49,248 nucleotides of DNA from Pseudomonadales bacterium (GCA_029249645.1 JAQWWC010000080.1:1-49248); one strand, 5' to 3'; positions 8,992 to 16,992 are shown, counted from the stretch's first letter. Numbers and translations: made by a program. The notes: a model not told the origin generated them from the letters alone.

Positions 8992-9525
8992 TCATTCAGC
9001 CCGTTTGGGTATCTGCAAACGAATTAGGTTAGCAACCAAATCGGCTCCGGCAGTACGCACCGAGACAGATTTATCTATGGAAACAATGATACCTGACGCA
9101 TCAATATAGAAGGTCCATCGTTTGGCAAACGCGCCCGCCATTAAAACGCCATAGTCTCGCGTCATCTTTTTATCCGGATCAGCAAGAATCGGAAAGCTTG
9201 CATCGTTCTTGGTTGCAAATGCCGTGTTATCGGCTAAAGAATCCGTGCTTGCCATGAAATAGGCAACCTCGAAAGCTTGAATGGCCTCATCACTGTCACG
9301 CAGCGATTTGCACTCAAGCGTTCAGCCGCCGGTAAAGGCTTTCGGGAAAAATGCAATGACGACCGCTTGTCGACCCTTAAATTGACTCAATGTGTAGGTC
9401 TTACCGTCCGATGCAGTCAGCGAAAAATCCGGGGCATGATCCCCAATGTTCAGCCCTTGGGCTGTGGCTGCGTTGTATCCCAGACCGAAAGCCAGACACA
9501 GACAGCAAATAAAATACCCTTTCAT
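8992..9525 (-). CDS. Exported AhpC/TSA (BCP/peroxiredoxin-like) selenoprotein. The in-frame UGA at 9322-9324 is read as selenocysteine.
   Basis: ORFs 9322..9525 and 8992..9255 are in the same frame (534 nt, 178 codons), separated only by a TGA. The joined product reads ...[41 protein letters not shown]...[18 protein letters not shown]...[14 protein letters not shown] therefore occupies the peroxidatic Cys position of the Prx motif (FxPxxFTxxC), with a resolving Cys at +4. The N-terminus looks like a signal peptide ([24 protein letters not shown]). GGAG lies 9 nt before the ATG. selA and selB are in the same window. Confidence 0.75.
9275..9319 (-). promoter_or_regulatory. Candidate bacterial SECIS stem-loop directly 3' of the recoded UGA
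   Basis: The mRNA after the UGA is A-C-GCUUGAG-UGCAA-AUCGCUG-CGUGA-CAGUGAU-GAGGCCA-UUCAAGC. The outer stem pairs GCUUGA with UCAAGC. The 7-bp upper stem pairs AUCGCUG with CAGUGAU (one G-U pair). The 5-nt apical loop CGUGA contains GU and starts about 21 nt after the UGA, within the usual bacterial SECIS distance. Confidence 0.5.
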
Positions 9526-9543
9526 GATAATGCTCCGATAAAC

Positions 9544-10413
9544 CTAAGGCGCCGAGCGGGTCGTCAACATGACCTGATCCTCTGCGAATTCATTGACTCG
9601 GGAGATGACCTGATTGCCCCCTTGCGTTGAATCAAGCGGCCGCGCGATGACCTTGATCCCTCGTGTTTTTTTAGCGATATCTTGGGCTTGTACTTGGAGT
9701 ACTGGTCCGAGATTATTCGTGTCGATATCGCCTAGAGGCGCGGTGCTGGCGTAAACCGATACCGTTTCTTGGCCGAACGGTCCCTGTACCACCATGTCGA
9801 ATTTATCAAGGCCGCCCGGCACTTCGTAATTCACGCCCCCTTGGAAATAGGCATCTTGCCGGTAGGGATTGGGTAGTAACTGAAGCTTTAAACCAGTCGC
9901 ATCCTGGTAAATGATCCTGCCAAAAAATGGCTTGTTACCACGCAAATAGATCTTAAGTGCTTCATTCTCGACCAGCTCGGCTTTGTTCGTCCAAATCCGA
10001 ACCGTGAGTGGGGCACTCGGGTCGTCCTGAAACCCTCCTGCTTCTGATATTTTCTTGAGATCCTGCGCAACGGGAATAACTTCTGCTTGAATTCTAACGG
10101 TGTAACAATCGCTAGACGTTGGGTCGTCCCACTGCTGCTCGATAATCGTGAGCACTTGGACTTCCGCCTGAGCGAAAGCTTTTACGAGATCTCGCTTTAA
10201 ATTAAAGTTTTCCATTTCGGTGGTGCTTTCGATATAGCTTTTTGAAAACTCAACCGCTTGGCGCTTAGCGTCCTGAAGCGCTAACTGTTCGGTCTGTTTT
10301 TTAGAGTAATCGACCCCCATGCAGGAATAGCCCTCTGCTTCGGTGATCGAAGATTGTTGAGCGTTAACCGATAGCGCGCAAACCGCTAAAACAGCGAGCA
10401 GATAATATTTCAT
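9544..10413 (-). CDS. Secreted hypothetical protein. The N-terminal region is LPP20/FlgP-like. The C-terminal region resembles DUF4384.
   Basis: Signal peptide MKYYLLAVLAVCALSVNAQQ, taking the ATG at 10413 (the longest ORF uses a TTG at 10431). The C-terminal half (LTVRIWTNKAELVENEALKIYLRGNKPFFGRIIYQDATGLKLQLLPNPY) matches my recollection of the DUF4384 pattern. No enzymatic motif is visible. Confidence 0.65.
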   Translation of the reverse strand: MKYYLLAVLAVCALSVNAQQSSITEAEGYSCMGVDYSKKQTEQLALQDAKRQAVEFSKSYIESTTEMENFNLKRDLVKAFAQAEVQVLTIIEQQWDDPTSSDCYTVRIQAEVIPVAQDLKKISEAGGFQDDPSAPLTVRIWTNKAELVENEALKIYLRGNKPFFGRIIYQDATGLKLQLLPNPYRQDAYFQGGVNYEVPGGLDKFDMVVQGPFGQETVSVYASTAPLGDIDTNNLGPVLQVQAQDIAKKTRGIKVIARPLDSTQGGNQVISRVNEFAEDQVMLTTRSAP

Positions 10414-10431
10414 GCAATAAGATTCCAACAA

Positions 10432-11409
10432 TTAAAGAACAATAATAACGCCCGCATCCTGCATGACGCCATCCTGAATCATTTTTTCTAAGCGGCGAGA
10501 GCCTTCAGAATTGAGAACTATTTCAGTGCGAGTGTCGCCCCAAGTTCGTAACGCTTTTAAAACAACCGGACGATCGCCAACGATCGGGTGCTGCTGGGCC
10601 GTTGTAACATCCCGAGTAAACAGCGAAACGAGCTGACCTCTAGCAGCAAGGGTTTGCTGGTCGCTCATTTTAGGATAAATCACACCGGCTCGTAATTTTC
10701 TAATTTTGGGTGACATCGAGGGAATAAAATTACTCCCGCGCGCATCGATCACAATGCCCGTTGGCATTCCGCGGACCGCTTTAGGTAATCCTTTTTGATC
10801 AGTTATCAACGCTTCCAAGTTATCGAGCCGGCGTGTGAGTGTCTCAAGCGCTGTCTCGAGGCTGGATTCGTTCGCGTGGGCGGGCCTTGCAATCGCGCTC
10901 AGCACATAATCCAAGGATGAAAACATCGCCTTTTGAACGGCCGACTCCGTCGGGCCAGAGGATTGGTTATTGGGCGCAAGCACCGTTGAATAAACATCAC
11001 GTGCAAAATTGCCAGCAATCGGAGCCGTTAACGTCACTTCGCAGGTGCCATCGGCTTGGGGGCGTCGACTGGTCATCACTGCGCCTTTTAAAGAGCCCTC
11101 GACGCTGGATTTAATTAGATCACTTTCCAACATGAGTTTATCGACGATTGTAATCCCTTCAACGCGAACGCCCTGCAGAGACTCAAGCAAATTCCTCTGG
11201 GCATCAACCAAGGCGGCCCGACACGACATCATTTTGGCAAGACTCGGTGGTGTTCCAGGTTTGGCGAGCCCAGCACCCTCAGCAACCGCTGAGCCATTGG
11301 TCCAGTTTACCCCGCTGTTGGCCGCGACCCATTCAATGTAATCGTCGGCGCGGCTGACCTCTGCCGCAAAAACACCGAAGGCAATAACTATGATTCGTAG
11401 ATACATCAT
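10432..11409 (-). CDS. Secreted hypothetical protein with an LPP20-like N-terminal domain and an uncharacterised C-terminal domain
   Basis: 325 aa with a signal peptide (MMYLRIIVIAFGVFAAEVSRAD). The block AEGAGLAKPG...MSCRAALVDAQRNLLESLQGVRVEG is typical of LPP20-type lipoprotein folds. I could not assign the C-terminal GIVIDARGSNFIPSMSPKI... domain. The stop abuts the next ORF. Confidence 0.65.
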   Translation of the reverse strand: MMYLRIIVIAFGVFAAEVSRADDYIEWVAANSGVNWTNGSAVAEGAGLAKPGTPPSLAKMMSCRAALVDAQRNLLESLQGVRVEGITIVDKLMLESDLIKSSVEGSLKGAVMTSRRPQADGTCEVTLTAPIAGNFARDVYSTVLAPNNQSSGPTESAVQKAMFSSLDYVLSAIARPAHANESSLETALETLTRRLDNLEALITDQKGLPKAVRGMPTGIVIDARGSNFIPSMSPKIRKLRAGVIYPKMSDQQTLAARGQLVSLFTRDVTTAQQHPIVGDRPVVLKALRTWGDTRTEIVLNSEGSRRLEKMIQDGVMQDAGVIIVL

Positions 11410-11430
11410 GCTGATCTCATTTTTTTCGGT

Positions 11431-13323
11431 TTAGTCTTCCATGGGGCCCAAAATCGTCATCATTGAGGCCGGTGGATCGAACTTATTACCTGTCACTTTG
11501 ATGGCATAACTCGAGCTGTTCTGAATATGAAAGGGTTGGTTCTCGGTAAACTGATTACCCGATAGGCTAGGCTGCGCCTGTTCGGACAACACCATGGCCG
11601 AAGCGGAGGCATTTGTGAACGCATTGTTTCGAATCAATGGTTTTGAACTGCCAGACATCATAATGGCATTAAACGCGCCATTAACGACTGTGTCCTCTAT
11701 AATCGGGCTACCTGCCAGGATTTGGAACGGTACATTGACGTGCTGGATGCTCATACCCGCCACTCGGCTTGGTAACATCGACCTAAAGATCAAAAACGTT
11801 TGGGCCGAGACGCCTTGTTGATGCGTAACCGTAATCGGCGCAGCGGTCGTTCCCATCGCTTGAATTTCCCCCAGCACATCAATTTGCGCATTTGGTGCAA
11901 GTTCGAGTTGGACCCCCGGCTCAATCAACAAAACGCCATCAGTTGCAATACGCAGAGGGCCGGATAGGGTAAACGGACCGAAAGCCTTGCGCAGCCGCAT
12001 CGCACCTTGCACGACGGATGGTAGGGCGGACTTGACATCCTTGGCTTGGCTAAAACGCGGATCTGGCGCCGCGATCACGGTCATTTTTTGCGGTGCAGCC
12101 TGATTGCCAGCATCATCCTCCAGCATGATCTGAATTTGCGTCGGGGCAAAATCAGACAGGTCGGTGACGGTGAGGGCTTGGTTGATGGGCGCCACGCGCT
12201 GCCAAGTATCACGCCCTCGGACCCGTACAGAAACCGTTTCTAAATCGCCATCGTAGTCCGGTGACCAGGAAATTTGTACGGCGCCTGGGCGAGACGTAAT
12301 AGTGACGTCGGTCAACGCTGTCGGTGGTGTGTTATCAATCGTCATGAGGCCGTACGGCGAGACCCAGGAACTGAACTCGCCGGCATCATTCATTAGTCGG
12401 CCAACGACGCTTTCGGATTCGATATTAATCGATTGGTCGACGATCCATTGACCCGAATAGGCGCCCGAGCTGACCTCTTGAAGATCAATTAAACCGACGC
12501 CTTGAATGGCGATGCTTGCCTTCAATCCAGCATCTCCCTCGAGTGCAAAATTTACGGTCGCGCCATAGTTTAGCTTTTGGCTGGCACCGGAATGCGCAAC
12601 GCTTTGAATAACAGGGCGGTTTTTGGCCGCTAAACGCTCTGGTGCGGGCATTTCTTTGGCCAAAACTCGGCCCAAGTCATCGGCGGCACGGAACAAATTG
12701 ATGTCCCCGTACAGGTGTTTCGCCGCCGCAAGCGCGTTAACAATGATGCCCACCGGTGAGACCGAGACACCCCCTGCATAGGACCGCTGAACATTCGACG
12801 CCTCCCAAACAATTTCATCTTGGTCATTAAGCAATGTCAAACTCACGCCGACAGAAATGCGTGCCCCGACACCCGCAAAAGTCTTCTCGTAATGGGTGAC
12901 GTTGCCGGTGATCAGTCCATCAACCCCAAGAATTGTGCGCAATTTCGAGAAATCAAGGTCAGGCGCTGCGGCGGTATCAATGCCTGCTAAGGCCAGGCGG
13001 CGATCGACATCAGCCGTATGCATGACGCGATAGTTTCGGCTTGAAAAATGGTTCGACAAGGTTTGTCGAACCGCACCAATCGCCAGATCACTCGTTGTTT
13101 GGTTGCCTAAGGGCAGAACTGCAATCGTTGTGGGCAACGTTTTTTCATCGCTGGGAACTTCTGTCTCCGTCGTCTTCGACGTGCCAAGCGTCATAGCGGG
13201 ACCCGCCAAAATGCCTTCGTCGGTCTGCACGGCGCACCCACTCAAAAAGGCACCAACCGCAAGGGTGACGAACGCTAACGGTCGCGTGCGGCCCAAAAAT
13301 AGTCTGAAACGTTCGGATATCAT
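11431..13323 (-). CDS. Large modular lipoprotein: DUF799/LpoB-like N-terminal module, Ig/FN3-like middle, and a right-handed beta-helix (PbH1-like) C-terminus
   Basis: Lipobox LSGC at residues 27-30. The N-terminal module is IAVLPLGNQTTSDLAIGAVRQTLSNHFSSRNYRV. The middle section (TPPTALTDVTITSRPGAVQISWSP) is Ig/FN3-like. The C-terminus has repetitive N/G/S-rich strands (VVNGAFNAIMMSGSSKPLIRNNAFTNASASAMVLSEQAQPSLSGNQFTEN), typical of parallel beta-helix repeats. AGGAG SD. Confidence 0.7.
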   Translation of the reverse strand: MISERFRLFLGRTRPLAFVTLAVGAFLSGCAVQTDEGILAGPAMTLGTSKTTETEVPSDEKTLPTTIAVLPLGNQTTSDLAIGAVRQTLSNHFSSRNYRVMHTADVDRRLALAGIDTAAAPDLDFSKLRTILGVDGLITGNVTHYEKTFAGVGARISVGVSLTLLNDQDEIVWEASNVQRSYAGGVSVSPVGIIVNALAAAKHLYGDINLFRAADDLGRVLAKEMPAPERLAAKNRPVIQSVAHSGASQKLNYGATVNFALEGDAGLKASIAIQGVGLIDLQEVSSGAYSGQWIVDQSINIESESVVGRLMNDAGEFSSWVSPYGLMTIDNTPPTALTDVTITSRPGAVQISWSPDYDGDLETVSVRVRGRDTWQRVAPINQALTVTDLSDFAPTQIQIMLEDDAGNQAAPQKMTVIAAPDPRFSQAKDVKSALPSVVQGAMRLRKAFGPFTLSGPLRIATDGVLLIEPGVQLELAPNAQIDVLGEIQAMGTTAAPITVTHQQGVSAQTFLIFRSMLPSRVAGMSIQHVNVPFQILAGSPIIEDTVVNGAFNAIMMSGSSKPLIRNNAFTNASASAMVLSEQAQPSLSGNQFTENQPFHIQNSSSYAIKVTGNKFDPPASMMTILGPMED

Positions 13324-13335
13324 ATGTAGCTACTC

Positions 13336-14295
13336 CTAATCGTTATTATTCGATGACTCGGATTCAAGGGGTTGCGTTTTCTTACGGCCACCAAATAACC
13401 AAGATCGGTTTAGGGTTTGGGACAACGTATCCAGGCTCTTCAAGGTTGCATCAGTTGTTTTCATCAATTCGGGCAGTTGCTCTATAGCCGGCTCACCTGA
13501 CTGCAGGAGAACATCTGTTTGTTTTAAGGTTTGGGTTGCCTGATCCGTTAGCAACGCAGCGTTGGCAATGGCGGTGGCGATATCATCGCTCGAGCCTGCC
13601 ACAACATTATCGACGCGGCTTATGGTGCGATCCAACTGCGCCAAACTTTGGCTGACCGACGTAAACACGGCCGGCAGGTCTTGCGAAACACGTTTTAACT
13701 CAGTGGTTACTTCTGCAAGGTTATCCATCGTGCTATACAGGGTTTCTTGGTTATTAGCCAAGCCACCCGCTATAGACTCAACCGACGTAACAATTGTGGT
13801 GATTTGCTGGGTTAACTGCTCGAAATCAAGTGTTTCCAGCAAGGAGGCCAGGCCTTGGGGTGGTTCCGCTTCTATGTAAGCCCCGTCAATAAGAGGCCGG
13901 CCCGTTGAGGCGCCTGGTTGTAGCAGCAGGCCGCTGCCATTCAAAATAGAATTCACGCCAATCTCACTGTCGATCACCAGTTTGAGGTCTGATGTATAAA
14001 ACTGCGCGTAATTGTCGGACAAAGCGAATTCAACTCGGACCGAGCCATCGTTGCTCAGAACCACACTCTGCACAGATCCAACGTTCACCCCTTTGAGCGA
14101 AACGATGGCATTGGGAGTGATCCCATAAGTTTGATCCAGGCGCGTGTAAAAATTAAGGGTGTCTTCATCGGCGAGATCGCGCACCATCGGAATGATGAAT
14201 CCCAGTAAAAAAATGCACAGCGAGCCAATCACAAAGAAGCCAACTATTCGGTCTTTGTTGCTTACAGCAAAGGGGCGATAGGCGGAAGCGGTCAA
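13336..14295 (-). CDS. MlaD/MCE-domain protein with a long C-terminal helical extension
   Basis: N-terminal TM helix, then an MCE domain (VSLKGVNVGSVQSVVLSNDGSVRVEFAL). About 170 aa of heptad-like, Q/T/L/S-rich sequence follow. The TTG start overlaps the upstream stop (TTGA). Confidence 0.8.
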   Translation of the reverse strand: MTASAYRPFAVSNKDRIVGFFVIGSLCIFLLGFIIPMVRDLADEDTLNFYTRLDQTYGITPNAIVSLKGVNVGSVQSVVLSNDGSVRVEFALSDNYAQFYTSDLKLVIDSEIGVNSILNGSGLLLQPGASTGRPLIDGAYIEAEPPQGLASLLETLDFEQLTQQITTIVTSVESIAGGLANNQETLYSTMDNLAEVTTELKRVSQDLPAVFTSVSQSLAQLDRTISRVDNVVAGSSDDIATAIANAALLTDQATQTLKQTDVLLQSGEPAIEQLPELMKTTDATLKSLDTLSQTLNRSWLFGGRKKTQPLESESSNNND

Positions 14296-14957
14296 ACTGA
14301 GCTCTCAACCAATTGATTCGCCTTTATTTTTAACACTTGATCCACCTCACGTAAAACATGTTCATTTGAAGACGTCAGCAAGACCGTCATATTCTCCTTC
14401 CGCGCTTTGTCTTTTAGCAACTCCATGGTGCTATCAATCATGTCGTCAGGCATGCCGCCCTCGAGTTCGTCGATCAGTAACAACTCAGGCGACATCACCA
14501 GCGCGCGCGCTAGATTAACCAGGCGGGTTTGGACATCGTTAAGTTCATGGGGCTGCATCCAAACAAGTGTGTTGGGCACATTAAGCGCCTCAATGGTCGT
14601 ATCAATCAATGATCGAGTCTGGTCAAAAGTTAAATCGGTATGAAATTCAAGGGGTAATGCAATGTTTTGAAATACATCATAAAGACTAATTAAACCTTCA
14701 TCTTCATATACAAAGCCAACCTTGCGCGCGCGTTCGCTCGCAGGCATCGTTAAGATATCGCGACCGTTCAAAATTGAACGTCCGTCAATATCAGAAAGCA
14801 TCCCGCCAATGCCTTTTAACAAGGATGTCGCACCATCCAAGACGTCGGTTTCAATCCCGATCAAACTGCCAGCAGGAAACTGAAGGTTGAGTCGATCGAA
14901 GAGTAAGACCTCTGGGTATTCGATGTGGAGGTTCTCGAGAACCAACGAGCCGGTCAT
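14292..14957 (-). CDS. MlaF-like ABC nucleotide-binding-domain homolog with degenerate catalytic motifs (predicted pseudo-ATPase)
   Basis: The ABC NBD layout is recognisable: VGFVYEDEGLISLYDVFQNIALPL in the Q-loop region, and LLLIDE as Walker B. Walker A is IETDVLDGATS instead of GxxGxGK[ST]. The signature is LNDVQ instead of LSGGx. The H-loop region is LTSSNEH. Both gene junctions are ATGA/TTGA overlaps. Confidence 0.75.
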   Translation of the reverse strand: MTGSLVLENLHIEYPEVLLFDRLNLQFPAGSLIGIETDVLDGATSLLKGIGGMLSDIDGRSILNGRDILTMPASERARKVGFVYEDEGLISLYDVFQNIALPLEFHTDLTFDQTRSLIDTTIEALNVPNTLVWMQPHELNDVQTRLVNLARALVMSPELLLIDELEGGMPDDMIDSTMELLKDKARKENMTVLLTSSNEHVLREVDQVLKIKANQLVESSV

Positions 14958-15841
14958 TGGGTGTAGGCCAAAACAGATAACAGGATATTGATCACGAAGA
15001 ACACCATGAGCTGCGTTGTGGTCGAGTTCGATATAGCGTCCGAGACTTCGGTAAAACTGCTTTCCACTTTTGCGCCAAAATGGATTGAGATGACCCCAAT
15101 CATCATACCGCCAAGCACTGCCTTTAAACCGTTGATCGCGATTTCGTTGAGACTGATTTGATTAAGGATGGCTGATAGCAAGGCGAAAAAATCTGCGTCT
15201 GGGTTTGACAGCCAAATCATGGCGTAGCTGGAAAGAAAAACTACGAGATCAAAATAGATAAACATTAAAAGCAAGGAGAGCGGGAAGGCAAAAAAAACGG
15301 GAAGTAAAAACAAAAATACCGGACTGATGCCCAACCCATTGAGCACCTGAAATTCACGACGCAACCTAAGATAGCCAATTTCCGCTGTGATCGCGGTCGC
15401 GGAACGCGCGATTAGGATCACGCCTGAGATCAACGGCCCTAGCTCTCGAAATACGATCACCATAAACAAATAACCAAATTGGTCTTCCATGACCTGATTG
15501 GGAATATAATCAAACAACCTCGAAATAATGAGGGTGCCAACCAAAATCCCGATCGCGCCATTGATGTAGAGCGCCCGAACGCCGGTGTTGTAGATCTGCC
15601 GGTAAAACAACGCCATAAAGATACCACGACGTTTTTTTTCAAATAACAATTTGCTGGCCGCAAGCGCAACAGAAATCAGGCCAATCAAATCCATGACCGT
15701 TCTGGTCAACTGCGCTACCGGGTTTACCAGCATTTTGAGCGGACCAAGTACGGTAAACCGATTGGGCACGTCGTAATCAACCGACTCGACCCTCATTGGC
15801 TCATTAGACTTTTGCTTTGGAAGATCGTCAGCCAGGTTCAT
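14954..15841 (-). CDS. MlaE-family ABC permease-like protein
   Basis: 295 aa and polytopic. It has the MlaE-type pattern (FYRQIYNTGVRALYINGAIGILVGTLI ... REFQVLNGLGISP). The stop overlaps the NBD start codon (ATGA). Confidence 0.8.
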   Translation of the reverse strand: MNLADDLPKQKSNEPMRVESVDYDVPNRFTVLGPLKMLVNPVAQLTRTVMDLIGLISVALAASKLLFEKKRRGIFMALFYRQIYNTGVRALYINGAIGILVGTLIISRLFDYIPNQVMEDQFGYLFMVIVFRELGPLISGVILIARSATAITAEIGYLRLRREFQVLNGLGISPVFLFLLPVFFAFPLSLLLMFIYFDLVVFLSSYAMIWLSNPDADFFALLSAILNQISLNEIAINGLKAVLGGMMIGVISIHFGAKVESSFTEVSDAISNSTTTQLMVFFVINILLSVLAYTQ

Positions 15842-15927
15842 ACTGGGAGGGCCAATGTCCGCGTGACATCAAATTGCGCTGTTCTGGCGAGCACTGGCTT
15901 CATCTCGCAGGCCCTATGCAGGTTGCA

Positions 15928-16926
15928 TTACACACGCGCCAACATCCTGTCGTGCTCTCGGCGCAGTATTCTCAAAAGGGTGGGCAAACGTTCCTCGGTC
16001 ATGACATGCGCCTCGAAAATGGCTTTAACCTCTTCATAGGGCCGCTTTCGCAATAACAGCCTGAAGTTGTGCCGTAACGGCTTAAAGTCCTCTTGGTCTA
16101 ACAAGCGTTCAACCGCATCGGCAAAATCATCGTAGTTGCCCGCATCAAAAGCTTTGCGGGCTCGCAGCAAGCGAAACCGCATACTCAAGGGGGACAGGAG
16201 TGAGTTCAACAGAAATGCTGTGAACAGCGCCAAGAACGTCACAATGAAGTCACCCACTTTATCTTTGGCAATGCGAATCCACTCAGCGAGCGCTGTACTG
16301 GTTTGTGCCTCAAGAGTCGTTCTGATTTCGGTTACATAAGATTTTGCGACAGGGTTCAGCGGATCGATCTGAAGTGCCCGCATAAATTCAGATTCCGCCG
16401 CCTGAAGCGCATTCATTTTATAAAGCGCTTCTCCCTTGAGCGTATAAAAATCCGCTTGTCGGTCTGGGAACGCCACAAGCGCTAAGTCGGTAACCGCAAT
16501 CGCTGTTGCGAAATCTTTAAGCTCGATCCGCTTTTGGGCGAAAATAATGGCCCGTTTTTCACTGCTCACGATGCGCTTAAACGCTCGCCGGACTTGCACA
16601 CCTAACTCAGCCACATCTGACCGAGTCTTGGCTAACCCTTCGATTAGGTTTTCAGCTTCACTGAGTCGATCGCTTCCAAGCAATAATTGAACCTCTAGTG
16701 CGACTAACCGCGGGTGGTTGTCAAAATTATCTCGTTCAGTTTGCAGCAGTTTAATAGCGCCTCGAGTCTGATTTTGGCTTTGGAGCCTGGCAGCATCCTC
16801 TAAGACCTTCGCGACAGGCCCAGGTAACGCCGATGACGCTATTACGGATTCATTATTTTCGGCAGCAACGGACGAACACACAGTGATGAGGGTCACGAGA
16901 ATCATGGAAGATAAGTAATTTGTCAT
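15928..16926 (-). CDS. TPR-like repeat membrane protein (signal/anchor, periplasmic helical repeats, one TM, cytoplasmic tail)
   Basis: N-terminal hydrophobic segment, then helical-repeat sequence (DFYTLKGEALYKMNALQAAESEFMRALQIDPLNPVA). A TM helix FIVTFLALFTAFLLNSLL lies near residue 230. AAGGTG SD. This is the first gene of the minus-strand cluster. Confidence 0.7.
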   Translation of the reverse strand: MTNYLSSMILVTLITVCSSVAAENNESVIASSALPGPVAKVLEDAARLQSQNQTRGAIKLLQTERDNFDNHPRLVALEVQLLLGSDRLSEAENLIEGLAKTRSDVAELGVQVRRAFKRIVSSEKRAIIFAQKRIELKDFATAIAVTDLALVAFPDRQADFYTLKGEALYKMNALQAAESEFMRALQIDPLNPVAKSYVTEIRTTLEAQTSTALAEWIRIAKDKVGDFIVTFLALFTAFLLNSLLSPLSMRFRLLRARKAFDAGNYDDFADAVERLLDQEDFKPLRHNFRLLLRKRPYEEVKAIFEAHVMTEERLPTLLRILRREHDRMLARV

Positions 16927-16992
16927 AACGCGAGCACCTTTATCCGATCTTAGTCGTCACGCGAAGGCTGTGTACGGTCGTTACTGGACCAG

